NCBI GenBank assembly: GCA_051047955.1
Contig: JBPGPT010000001.1
Span: 806,001-870,000 of the forward strand
Reading direction: 5' to 3'
Length of the DNA: 64,000 bases
Source of the DNA: Cystobasidiomycetes sp. EMM_F5
Lineage: Eukaryota
How positions within the stretch are numbered: position 1 is the first letter of the stretch; each line of letters starts with the position of its first letter. The notes under the pieces are model-generated. The model was not told where the DNA came from and ran no database searches. It saw nothing but the letters and a program-made list of their open reading frames with translations. Positions 46,360-62,744 of this stretch are shown here, piece after piece. A program made the position numbers and the translations under genes.

Positions 46360-49300
46360 TCACGGCTGAAGGATGTCCACTGATATGCTCGATATTACTG
46401 TCAACTCAAACTGAGCCACAATGTATGGCGGAAAGGTTGATGGCACAATGTAATACGTAGTTGCTTCAGATATCACAATTTCAGGAGTCACGGATCCGCT
46501 GACGTATGACGCGTACGGGCCACTCGATCCAAGTGGATTGTTGGATCCGATGTCCGCCTTGGACTTGAAGATCGATACATTGGTCGGAACATCGTCCTTT
46601 GACGTGACGCGCAGGCGTACCCTATGCCTCTGCTCAGCTCTGCTTCCAGCTTGACAAATACGGCTCACTTGACGGTCATGCGCGTGGGTGCTTTAAAGGC
46701 GTATCGTGGGTTCTCATAACAGTTACCCCGTGTGAGATTTGCCCCATTCGTTGGTAAGAGCCTGCCGACCTTGTCAATAACCTAATTGGATCATCGCGGG
46801 CGTACTCGCACCATTGTCCAGACAAGACGCGAACAAAACGCCCTGCATCCTCAGCGGGAAGCGCTTGCACATTTAAGGGGAATGTACTCCGAAGCGAAAT
46901 GGAGAAGTTGGCACACTGCCCGGCTTCGAATGTGCTCGGAATCAGAATGTAAGAGCCGGCTTCGGCGAAGTAATCAGCAGCACAGTCCGTGAAGAGGCAT
47001 AGAATACTCACCTTTGAGATCCGCAGCGTTTAAACGAGCTTCTGAACGCGTATAGGCGCCATTATCAGAATCTGCAATACAGTTGGCAGTCTCAACGCTG
47101 TAAAGTCCCATCAGCCTGGCACCAAAAACGAGAACCACAACTTACTGTTGTATTCTATCGAGTGCGGAAGCCATCGATGTTTGGAACAGCTTTACATTGA
47201 TTGCTGCTGTCCCGTTGCTGCTCAGTTTTACTTGGAGATTCGCAAGCTTCTGGCCAACGGGAACATCGATCCTGTATTGAGGATTGGAGGTGAAACCATG
47301 AAGTGATTGGTTTCCTCCGCTAGATCTCCTTCCCCATTTCCCGCTTATCTGCTGCTGGATATCAGCTACGTTCCGCTCGCGGCCACATTGTCAACCAGCC
47401 TTTTGTGTAAAGTCGTACATGACGCTGGCGTCGGAAATATTCACTTCACAATCGCTCAAGACTGTCAGTGTATAACGGACTTCGGCCTTCTTGCCTTTGC
47501 GTGTCAAGAGAGCGTTCAGCTTGGCTTGTGGTTGCTCCGGCCGATACTTGACCTAGACTACTGTCAGCTCCTGAGTACGAGTCAAAATTAGGGTGAACTC
47601 GCTAGCAAGTGTGGTCCGTTGGTATATTCCGCCTGAGCGAAATGACTCAGGATCTGCACATTAAGGTAGAACCAGAAGGCTTACAGCTCGTTCGCTCAAA
47701 TATGGGTTTGTGACCGTTGACTTCAGTCTGCTTGGCAAATTCTCGGTAAGGTGTAGAGCCATGTATTCATCGCTGTCTAGATCGTCGAGGTGGCGACTAC
47801 ACAAAATCCATATCTCGTCGTGTTCAAGAGACGCAGATGGCGCGAGCTGTATGTCCAGCGCGACATTGTCGTCTGTGATAGTTGCATTTCCTTCAGCCAT
47901 TGCAAGTAATAGCTGCTCCTGCGGGTCGCTTACCAAGTAGACATCGACTAAATACACGTAGGGGGACAATACTCAGCAATTGATGTGCGCATGTTGCGGC
48001 CGCGACATGGAACCCAAATCACCTATGCACAGTCGTGCAGTGTCCAAATAAGGAGGGATTCCAATTGCAGTAGACCGAATGAAAATTTGAGCATATAAAA
48101 TCCCACGGCACGAGGCGCAAATGATCTGAGGCCCGGCTCGGCAGAAGATTCCCTGATGTACTGATCCTCCAGGGATCAGCAAGTAATAGTCCTTGTCCCT
48201 GCGCTGTATCTTGGACGCCTGTGATTGGCTGTCTCAGGAAGCGGCCCAATTCTGCAAGTATATGCAGGTACTACCTAGCACAGCGTAAGCATGCTCAGAC
48301 GCAAAGTGTACGCCTTCATAATCCACAGAATTTCTGCCAGACCCAACTGCCAGGAGGCAAGCCCCTGAGAATAGCGAATCTTGAACTGTGCTCGAATCGC
48401 TGAGCGTTGTGACATACCTGCATCAAAGGCGGCCGTGAGTCGTTCCCAATTCTGCTGAGATCGAAATTTTGGGCTGTTAGGAGGGGAGAGGCGTCAGTAG
48501 ATGGCGCAAGTACATCAGATCCGGTCCAGTACTCTTGCAGTACCAGTTGCTCAGGGATCCAACCAGTGAAAGCGCTTTGTGAAATTTAGCGAGAGATTTT
48601 ACTCTGCAGGTACGAAACGCACTGAGTGTCTATACTCGGATCACTGTAATGGTATCTCAGCCCATATCTTTGTGCCCAACGACTTTGGCCTTACGAGCCT
48701 AGAATGCCATAGCTGCCAAACAATCGCAGATACTGATATATGATCATCAGAGTGATGCATATAGCGCACGTCCTCTCCAACCCACTGCCTTTTCCATACA
48801 GGCTGGCCAAAAGCCGCTTGCATCAGACATGCTTGCGCACAGTAGTGCGCCGTCATCATCGACCGGCAATAAATCATCGATAACTAACGGGCAATGTCAA
48901 CATGCGGTGTTGAAGTATATTCCGAGACCCGCTGCTCACTAATCTGCTGAGATGTCAGTCAAGCCCGAACTGGTTCAATTATGCATTCGTACTTCGCGAA
49001 CAGCACCGTTACAGTTGAGTTTGACTCGATGCATGCCAGTTGTTGATGTAGTCGGCAACTGCATGGCATCTTGTGGAAATACGCGATCTATGCCCAGCTA
49101 TATTAGGAGTGACGTTCAGCGCAACAGTGCGGGTTCCCGAATTATCATCTGCATCCTACGCGTGACTGGAACCGAGTATGATGCTGAAGACATGACATCA
49201 AAGCAGTGATGACAGAGCAGTCTGCGATACAAGCTTGACGGATGCTGCTAGCTTGCGCATTTGGACCTATTAGCGTTGTCGCGCTATCAAGATCCGCTAT

Positions 49301-49891
49301 ACGTCGAAATGTCGCCAAGCGAGCTTTTTGGCTGTCAGCCAAGAGAATCGCATCTTCATCGTCTCTGCGAGTCGTATATGCGTCAGCTACAATACGAGAC
49401 AGACAATCAAATCGTCCGGCAAACAAACTTGTAAGGTCTGCCAGGGACACCTGCATGTTGTGGGGTGTTGTCTGACCACAGCCTGTACTTCCTGCCACGA
49501 ATCACGGACGACGATTCGAGCACAGCTTCTTGTTCCGCTTTAAGTTGGTTAGAGGAGCCTATTCAGCGCTTCTCTTTGAGGGTTGTACCAGGTATGACGC
49601 ACTTTTGGAAAGCCGCTGAATACGAGGCGGACGAGCATCACGTTTGATTTCCTTGATCTTTTCTGCCCTCAAGAGGATCTTTGTAGAAGCTGCTTTCAGT
49701 GTTTCCTTTGCGCGGACGTCGTCAGTGTTTCGGATGAGCCATAGGTAGGATTGTGCCGTCTGGATGTTTAATGAATATGCGCCGTCCAGGTCTCCGCGAT
49801 GTTCGCTTTGTAGAGCCTTGTCCGCCAAAGCTTGCGCAGACTTGAGTTTCTCATTCCAAGTAACAGCAGTGGACGCATGTTGCCCACTCAT
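46360..49891 (-). CDS. palB: Calpain-7-like cysteine protease PalB/Rim13
   Basis: N-terminal MIT-like helices, catalytic Cys in IRQACIADCSV, IIIDDLLP, FTGWIPE, His in EHAYAV, DPW, NWNP, and C2-like domains (GGN...NPQY, YILIPSTFEAG, YYIVPSTF). Many short introns. Confidence 0.9.
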
Positions 49892-49972
49892 GCTGCATCG
49901 TTGTGGTGGATGTCAAAGTTGCATCTCAGCTTGCACACAACAAATTATTACAACACGTCTCCAATTACTCGC

Positions 49973-50668
49973 ATGCGAATATGCCTGCCTAGCTGCACTG
50001 CCAACCGCTCGTCCTCCTCGTCCCGCTGGCTGCAGCGTAGCCGCAATGATCCATTCCGCAACTCGAAATCGCAATATGTAGCTCGAAGTGCTCACAAACT
50101 GCTGGAACTGGACGACAAGTACAAGCTACTGCGTGGAGGAAGTACGGTGCTCGAACTCGGTGCAGCTCCTGGAGGATGGACAGAAGTGTGCCTTGAGCGG
50201 ATGAGAGGACATGGCAAGATTGTCACGGTGGATCTACTGCCGCTGGATATACGCGTTTCGAATCACTCTTACGCGCAACCGTGTCTGCAGCACGTCATTG
50301 GCGACATTCGAGACGAAGACACCCTGCTAGCTGTTGAAGACGCTCTCGCAAGCTCGCCGGTCGAGGTCGTCTTGTCTGATATGCTCGCCAACACGTCTGG
50401 CAATGCGATCCGCGACAGGCAATCCAGCTTGGACCTGTGCGAGTGTGTATTCGCATTCGCTCGCCGGCTCTTTCAGGCGAGCAGTCTCGATACCACCACG
50501 CTCATCATGAAGATCCTCTATGGGCCTGAAGCCATTGCATTCGAGCGCGGTACTCTGCGCATGATGTTTGAGCATGTTCGTTGGGAGAAGCCGGCTGCTA
50601 GCGCCAAAGCGTCAAACGAGCGGTATATTGTTTGCAGAAGGTTTCGCCATGATCGAGGAGACATATGA
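49973..50668 (+). CDS. MRM2: FtsJ/RlmE-family rRNA 2'-O-methyltransferase, mitochondrial Mrm2-like
   Basis: SSSRWLQRSRNDPF, YVARSAHKLLE, ELGAAPGGW, VLSDM, LIMK and KPAAS...SNERY give the K-D-K-E tetrad. The start could be 49910 or 49973. Confidence 0.88.
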   Translation: MRICLPSCTANRSSSSSRWLQRSRNDPFRNSKSQYVARSAHKLLELDDKYKLLRGGSTVLELGAAPGGWTEVCLERMRGHGKIVTVDLLPLDIRVSNHSYAQPCLQHVIGDIRDEDTLLAVEDALASSPVEVVLSDMLANTSGNAIRDRQSSLDLCECVFAFARRLFQASSLDTTTLIMKILYGPEAIAFERGTLRMMFEHVRWEKPAASAKASNERYIVCRRFRHDRGDI

Positions 50669-50950
50669 AGGAGCGTGTCCGTACGCTCATGTACTCTCGA
50701 AGCCACCGCTGCAGCCGTACATTTCCCCGCTGTGTCCTCGATCACACTCGGTCTGTGCTGCGCTCTCCTTCACTTCTTTCCTTCTTTCCAGCTAGGACGT
50801 GTAAAGTAGAGATAGTCGTAGTTTACGAGCTTTGAGCGGGCCCAGCTCAGCTCTCAGATTAGATTACGGGACTCTGTCGCAACACAGTGTACGCCCTTCC
50901 AAGGGTCGACAGCCGTAGGTGGGATACTCAAGTCGCTGCTGGAGCACTGT

Positions 50951-53900
50951 ATGTTCCCGCCGGTCAAGCAGGGCGTAACGTACGGTCGCAGCCATCAGCT
51001 CACCGTGGACGATGCCGTCGACGCATCACCCACCATGACGAGGTCATCCTCTGCTGCGTCCAGTGGTCTGCCCGCCCAGTGGCCGTACCCGATATCTCGA
51101 TCGCCGTCAGGGTTGGCCTCGAGCAACCCATGCACAGAGCTGTCAAGTGCGACCACGGTTGACGCTACGCCGGCGTTGGCCAGCGCCGACTTGGCTGCGA
51201 CTCGAAACATGTCGAATGCTGCAGTGTCGGCCGGCCGGGAGGGGTCGATATCGACGACTCGACCACCTCAGAGTATCCTGCGAGAGAGCATGGGGAGCAC
51301 CCAGAGCGCACCAACCAAACCCGACACGACGTCCCGCAGCGTCCAGGAAGCCCAGGAGACTGCAATTCGAGACCCGTTCATAGGGCAGCACTGTTTTGAC
51401 CGCGGCTCCAAACGACCCTTCAAGCGATTCCATCGAACTACAGTGGCTCTGCGTCAGAGAAAGGACCCCAAGGAGGCTCTGGAGAGTAGAGATGCTAGCT
51501 CGTATGCGATACACCCCTCTGCGACTGCCGCCGGCCGCGACACGAGCGGGTCATCCTCCCATCTCGCAGTCTACTTTCCAGGCTTGCCCAAAGTCGACAC
51601 GGCTCACGACCCCAAGCAGCCAAAGTGCTTGGGTCTGTGCAACGGTACGCCGCATCCTCTGCGCGGACCCGTGTGCCGCTTCTGCAAGAATCGCATATCC
51701 AAACTGCGAAACGTCGACGATGTAGGTTCCCGCGAGTGTATGCGTTGTTGTGTCCGCATCTGAGTTTAGTAAACTGCCGGTAATAGGTCTTCAATCAAGA
51801 CAGAGCCATGGAACATCTCCAGCACGATTGCAGAGGTATCCCCGCAGAAGATCGTTCGCTATGGCTAGACGCATTCTGCGTTGCTGACCATCGAGAAATG
51901 GCAAAAACCCAGACGCAGCCTTTCGATCCTGCTCTCCAGGAACTCTTTTCTTCTTCGGTCAACAGTGGCTCTGCCACAGCCGCCCCTGCCAAAAGCATAC
52001 CGGCCAAGCGGAACCCCCTGCCTCAACCGCAATCGTCCCGTCCTGCAAACAACAAAGGGTCGCAAAGCGCATCCGTGTCGACGTCGACATATAAAAGCAA
52101 TACACCAGCTCCACGAGCCGAACAAGTCATGCGTGAAACAAGTAGTGCACAGCCGGACCCTCGGCAGGTCGTACAAACACAGCCCGACGAAATGTCTTTC
52201 GAGGCTGTAGATTCGAGCAGAGACTACTCCATGCACATGACTTCCCTCGAGGAGGAGATTGACGAGCTCGATTCGGTCAGCGATGAGGCTGAGGTCGTGA
52301 CGTCTGCGCCTGCCGATAGACCTGCCAAGCCTGCTCCAGTCATCACGCAAGAAGGCGACTTTCGTTTTGAACACGTCAGTGGTCCAGCGACGATCGCTTC
52401 ACTGCCTGCTCCTGCGCCGACACCCAATCAAGCGTTGCTCACACAGTCTAGCATCGTATCTAGCTCTTCCTCCAGTATGCCCTTGACTCAAAGCACTTCT
52501 ATTCCAACAAGTCATGAGAGTCAATACTCAACACCTCAATCTTTTGCATTACCACGGGTGCCGAAACAGCTGCGGACAACCAAGCCGGTCGCATTACAAC
52601 CAAGGCCGATACCTTACAGCGGTCCAATCGCGGACGTACACGCTGTACCCGGTCAGCAAAGTAAATTTCTATGGCCAGAGCAACCAGGCGCCCCCGTTCC
52701 TTACGTTAGCATTGAGGAGATTGCACGTTCTGTCGCCGCGGCCAAGCAAGCGGCAGCATCGGCTGATGTTCAGCCAGGTGTTGCTCCTCCTCCGCCAACG
52801 TCTGCTCAATCTGAATTGCCTGGCCCGCCTCTCATTGCACCTGCCACTACTGCCATGCCGGCAACGTCGACATCAGAGCCTGCTCATCGCGATGACATGA
52901 GAGTAACTGCCGTGCCTGTACAAGTAAGCAGCACTGGCAGTGTAGGAAGCACAGGAAGTTCTGCAGTCAGCGCGCCTCTTGCGCCCGTGCCGACCCTCGA
53001 AGCATCCTCATCCGAAGTAGACATGGCACAGCCTGCAGCTCTACCTGCAAAGGCGGGCAAAACGGAGATACCTATGGGCACGACCGTCGACTCCACAACG
53101 TCTGATGAGGAAGGCGAGATACACGAAATATCGACTAGTCCGACGCATTCCAGCCTTGTCGATGCTGTCCTTTCACTAATTGATGGCAGCGACGGGCAGG
53201 TCCAAACCATACCTCGCGACGCAATTCCGTTTGTGGACAGTGCGTCAGCGCGTCGCCAGAGCCCAGCACCTAGCGTGTCGTCGAAAGTCAAGACTCAAGC
53301 GACGAAACCATCTAAGTCTCAGACGAAGCAATCCTCACCAATGTCAACTGGCCGACTCGCTAATGACAGTATACACAGACGGCCTGCGAATAAAAGACCG
53401 CCGTCTTTACGGTCCAACAAAACCCCATCGATAATTAGCATCTCTGGATCAGAGGACTCGGATTCTGATGTTGATGACTTTGTGAAATCTAGGCGAACCG
53501 TCAAGCCATCCTCGCCGGTAGTAAGACCATTCCTGTCTCAGCGGAGATCAGCATCCCCAGCGAATCTAACTAAGGCTACTCGGAACATGCCTTCAATCGG
53601 CATAAAGCCTCTTTCTAAACAGGCGCCGAGTAGGGATGTATCGGATCACGATGACGATAGCATGAGCGGAAGCGGCAGTGACAGCACGCTGTGTGCCGAT
53701 CCCCGTTCCGATGATGATTCGGACGATTCAGACGTAGTCGTTGTGGCTTCCAAAGCAAAGCAACCGCAAGCGCCCCAGGCTAAACCCCCGGCCAAAAGTC
53801 GTGCACAGACATCCAACAATCGTAAATGGGGTCCAGCTAAAGTTCAGGAACGTCGCCACACTTCCCCTACACCTCCTAAAGAGCCTAAGAAGAGGATAAT

Positions 53901-54836
53901 AGCTGCGTCTCGGAAAGTTGAGACTGCTTCAAAGGCTTATGACGACATGAGCGAAGACTCTGATCAAGATGCTCGGCCAAAGACGGCGGCTACAACGGTC
54001 GGGCCAAAGAAGGGGGTACAGAGCGACTCTTCGAAGGGATCTTACACGGCCGTCAGGCAGGCGTCACTGTCCGCGAGAGGGGCCCATACCGTGCCGGACT
54101 CTTCGATGAAGGCATCACCGAGACCGCCGACCAAAATTGAGCGAGAGTATCTGGAAGCCACCGCTGACCCAGCGTCTTCTTCATTCAAGCGTTTCAACGT
54201 AGATGGAACAGTTTCATCGCCGATAGTCGCTGAGAAGTCAAAGTCTGCTCAAAACAAGCGGAAGCGCAAGACACGTGCCACCTCGGATGACGAGCCGAAG
54301 AAAGGCCGCCTCATCAGAGCCGGAGATTTGCGGCCTGACTCTCGTGAAATGAAGAGCAAGTCTCACCATTACCACAAGAGCGAAGGCTTCTCGAAGAAGA
54401 GCAAAAAACCGCGTGCAGAAGTCAGCTCCAACGAAACAGCACGCGAGACACTTAAAGCTGCCAAGTCATCACTCCCCAAGTCAAAACCTCTTTTCGCGCC
54501 AGAAACCGACACCAGCGGTGAAATGCAGCCCGACCTGCTCTTTCGTCTCGCTGAAGCTGTTGAACGGTATGAAGCGTTCCCCCTCGAGTTGGAACGTTTT
54601 AGAGGCGTCCTCGAGGAGGCCGGCGTCAAGAGTATGGTCGACTTGCGTAGAGACGTCAAGCCCCACGAAGCCAAAGAATTTGCGAAAGCAATCGCAGAGG
54701 TGCGTTGAATATAAGACTCCTTGTGCTAGCCAATACTGACATATACGCGCTCCAGAGTACCAAATTGCCAGATGTGAACACTATCAGCAAGCTATTCGCA
54801 TTTCAACGCGCCATTACTACCGCTCTTGAAGCATAA
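50951..54836 (+). CDS. Large low-complexity hypothetical protein with a putative Zn-binding module
   Basis: ORFs 50951-51763 and 51808-54708 are joined by an intron at about 51722-51787. Cys/His cluster CLGLC...CRFC...HLQHDC, then S/P/A/K-rich disordered sequence. The last exon ends at TAA 54834-54836 (inferred). Confidence 0.7.
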
Positions 54837-54991
54837 TATGACTGCTGCTTAGTACCATCAGCATGTAGCTTTAGTTTATGCTATGTGATATTCGGAATGT
54901 ATCATAACTATCATCGTTCGGCCTTTCAATTATCTGTTTCACCAAGGTTTCCAGTGGCACTACCAACTGACAAGAAACTATTGCGCACATT

Positions 54992-57900
54992 TCACGCTGC
55001 ATGACGGCCAGATTGCTGTAGCCTGGCTTTGTAGAATGCCGGGATGGGCCTGACATCTGGAACCTGAGACGCTCGGTATGCTCGAATTTCCGCGGCTTCC
55101 TGCGCTTCTCGTTCTAGCCTATCAAGCTCTGCAAGCTCCTCCAAGATCTGTGCGAAAGGTAAGACAGTGCTGCGAAGGTTGCAGAAATTGCTCACCTTTT
55201 CTTTCGCGCGTCGTCTGGCTTCCCATTCTTTCCGCTCCTGTGCTCGAGCGTCAGAGGCAAAGCGGAATTCGGTGACTCTTACCGGCTGATAGATGGACTT
55301 TCGCCCTTGCGGCTTACTGATGGTCGGGGCAGCCCTATTTTTCAGCGAGACATTCGCTAGGATTGGCTGCAGCGCTGTTCTGCCTTGCTTTGCAGCAGCT
55401 AGTTCACGTTCGTGCCATGCAGCTAAACGTTCTTGAAACGACGACTGCTCCTTGCCAGCCAGGAGGGGACCGGAGCCGTGCGATTGCTTTCTGAGAGCGG
55501 TTGGCGGTACCTTTGCCGCTGTAGTACCATTGTGCAACAAATCAATCTGAAAAATGGCTCGTTGCGCGCGCTGCGCCGTAGGGTGGAGACCCGTTGAGAC
55601 GGCAGGTTCCGCAGCTCGAAGCTGTTTGTTATCTGATGGTGGCTCTTTATGACAGCGGATGCGCTTAGCTGGGCCTTGGTCACCCTTCCGTGGCAGCGAT
55701 GCCGGCTGTTGCGCGGTCTGAGAAAGAGCATTATCCCTGCTAGCTCGAAGGTCAGCGCCCAGCAAAGCTTTCTTACATGTCCAACGCACCCTTCGTTCCG
55801 TGCAGCGCACATCTCATCGAGGAAGCGACGCAGTGTGGCCGAACGAGCCGAAACCTCACGTGGGTCTTGAGCTCGATGTGACATGTCGTCCGCGTTGAGC
55901 TTATTCTGCACTTTCAGAGCCTGCTCTGTGAGAGGCATTACTGCAGCAGATTCTCCGTCCATTGTAAGTTCTTGGCGAAGTTGTACCAGTTCATCAGAGT
56001 CTGTACGTGGAGCTATGGCTTGTGCAACGGAGGGGAACGCAAGAGACATCCGGTCAGTGTCATAGACCACGGCATCTGGGGACTTGCGTTTTCTCGAATT
56101 GAAGGTGAAAGAACGAGGTACGGTAATGGCGGAATTGCGCGGCGGCATAGGAACCGGTCCTGCTTCTGTTGTACGTGCCTGACCTTGGCCAGCTGCGGCG
56201 AACGTGGCTGAAGCTCCTAACGTCTGTCGGCTGCGACCGCTCACGTTTGAGACGATGTCAGCAGGACGATCACCAGATTGGTCCCTCTGTCTTCGCGAGA
56301 ACATGTCATCTTGTCGGTCGACATCACCGGTTGAAACTTGGAAAGGACCCGCTTTTAGAGAGCTAGATCTGAGCGGCACCGATATGCTATCGTGTTGCTG
56401 TTTCCCGGCTTGTCCGACCAAACCATGTGCAATTCTGCGCCGAGGATCGCTGACGGCCTGGTCATACGCCATGCGCGAGGTTGTGGGCCTCATATACGAC
56501 GGCAAAGAGTCACGAGGGTGCTCTTTGGTGCCAGCGGGATGTGCTGCCTGAATCTTCCCTCTCTGACGCTCAAGATAGATACGCTGAGACCGCCGAGAAC
56601 GAGAAACTCTGGCTGGCTGCTTGCCATCGTTGGCGAAAAGCCGCATCGATGTGGCTCCTTGACGCGTTTGGTCGTCAGGGTCCGGGCGTGATCCTGCGAT
56701 TGATGGCAGCGTTGACATCTGAGCGGGCAAGCTATCAAGAGGACTCGGCAATCTTTCGCGTCGAGCTGACAATTCAGCTAGGTAAGGGAGAGGTTCAAGA
56801 GGTTTCGCACTCATGCGATCAAGTGTGGAGAGTTGCGAGCGCGAGGGGAAACTAGGGTCATCCATCATATCAGCAACTGGATTCATTGCAGATACTTGCA
56901 AGGGCGGTGATCTCGTTGAAGGGCTGGAAGTTTCCTGCATAGCTCGAGTATATTCACCGTGCGATGACTGACGGTCCGTGGCATCGCTTCTTGCCGTCTC
57001 CTGTTCAGGCGGGAGAGTCCTTACGCGATTGTCTTCGATCGCAGCATGACTTGACGTATGCGTAACTTCCACATCCTCCCGAACTGGAGACAGGTAGGTA
57101 GGAGTGTCACTTACTACGCTACGCTTGGCTTTTACGGTAGTTCGAGACAAACGGCGGGATCGCCTACGCCCCGACCGATCCGACACAGAGGGCGAGGCTA
57201 GCTGAGCCTGATGCTCGACGCGTAGTATGGGACTGGCGAGGACATTTTCGTGCAGACGCCCGTGAACAACAGGCTGTTCAACGTCTCCAGCATCTTGGCG
57301 ATCGTCCCACTGCTCTATCGCGACGTTGTGAGAGCTGCTTATAGCCTGATGTGACTCGCGGAGTCGTTGATGAGCGTTACGATCTGGGTCGCTATGGTTT
57401 GTATGTTGTTCCTGTAACGTACTGATGCGACTAGTATGGTCTGCGGCCAGCAAACGGATCGCCGGGAATTTGTTAAGCCCTTCGAGGCTTCGGCCATTGC
57501 TGATAGACAGTGGGTGATTTGGCATGGCATACGCATCGTCATCCGATTCGATGGGCCCAGATCCTCTGGTTACACTTCTAGCGGTCTCCATGAGACTCGC
57601 AGTGCCTGCTTCCGCAACATCTGTGACAGGTTCTTCAGGTTGAACTCGTATCAACGAAAGTGGCTGATTCACTGTTGAAATATGGTTGCGTCGGGGGCCT
57701 ATGCAGTGTTTGGGGTTAGATTCAATATAAACTATTGTCACAGTAGCATATTCGCGTACCGAGGCGTTTTAGTCCGCTGCTTCTCCTTTCTAGACGCACA
57801 GACGTGCTTCTCGGTGGAAATATTGGCTGTCTTATCGAATGTCTTGCTGGTCCTTCCAGTTCCGACTCTTCATTGCCTGGGAGCGTTGCTAAAGGAATTT

Positions 57901-58699
57901 CTGTATGCGGGTGTAATTGACTATGGTGATCCGGATAAGCTGAGGCAAGGTCGTCACCGAATCGAACGTCTGTCTCAAAGTCGATAAAGGTCTCTCCGCC
58001 TGCGCCGACTGTGTGGTGCTGATTCTTCCGCGCACTCAAAGGTGGCTTGCTCGCGCTGACAATTTTTGGGTCCGACGTACGTCGCGGTTGGGTGTTGACG
58101 CTGCCAAGCTCAATACGGTCCAGGATGGCTTGCGTCCTGGCTGGTGTGCCGCCTCGGCTCTCTGATGTGACTTGGTGAACTTGATTTGGCTGGCTTTGCA
58201 TAAGCATCTCGAAGACCTTCTCTCCCAGGCCTGCGGACGCGTTCCTGTTTGCTGTCCCTAATGCGAGACGTTGTAATGTCATTGTATCATCGGCAGGTTG
58301 AGCTGCTCCCAAGTTCACAGGCCGGCGTACGCTGAAATCGAACGGAGGGGAGAGACCATAATCGAAGCCTCTGCTATTACTTGCTACAGGCTCTTCAGGC
58401 TCAAAGACCATGCCCATGAGACGTGTCTCGTCATCCTCGTCGCGTAGTCGGTTATCGTGACCAGCAAGTTGGCTGCTGTTGTGACCACCGAATATCAACA
58501 GGTTGGACGCATCGTATTCGTGCAGCGACTCTAACGGTGCTAAGAGCACATGCGACGGAGTCGGTGCCGGCGCTGGAGCACTATAGAGGCGAGCACCCAG
58601 TGGGGTCGAGGTTGCAATGGCTGATTCGCCAGCCTGCGGTTTTGACGATGCACGTCGGGGCAGACGATGTATAGGTACTGGCAGTCTGTCTCGAGCCAT
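54992..58699 (-). CDS. Disordered protein with C-terminal TPX2-like microtubule-binding domain
   Basis: Three ORFs linked by canonical introns. C-terminus PVRVTEFRFASDARAQERKEWEARRRAKEK...EAAEIRAYRASQVPDVRPIP fits the TPX2 C-terminal pattern; also TVPRSFTF and LPSYMRPT motifs. Confidence 0.72.
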
Positions 58700-58866
58700 C
58701 AGTCTGTCAGCAGTGCATGTGGCAGCAGTGAGCGTTAGCTGCTAAAGCGTCAGCAGAGCGTCTCTCAAGATGCTAAATTAGTCACGTGCACGAAAATATG
58801 ATCGAATGTTTTCTGGTTGCGCATCGGAGAACGCGTAAGTTACAGCGTGGTTTTGAGCGTAAGCCG

Positions 58867-62578
<3,712 letters not shown>

Positions 62579-62744
62579 GGGTGGACTCTCATAAAAGCTG
62601 AAGGGGCAGTCTGCATAATCACAACCGAGACATATTTTGTTGTCAATCCTTTGCTTTCGGCAACGCTAATAACAGTTCTAATACCCACACTGGCCATTAC
62701 AAGCATTGGCACGCACGCAGAGTACTTGTTGTGCGTCTACGGCC

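Noticed and set aside
57690..57780. Apparent frame breaks in the TPX2-like gene (also near 55740-55800) and between ORFs of most other genes
   Set aside because: Explained by canonical GT-AG introns with CTRAY branch points; not frameshifts or recoding.
336..58699. Possible functional cluster of RNA-processing (SF3B1, Nab2, CPSF6-like) or mitotic (Dad1, haspin, TPX2-like, Nap1) genes
   Set aside because: Genes are interspersed with unrelated ones; such categories are common enough to co-occur by chance.
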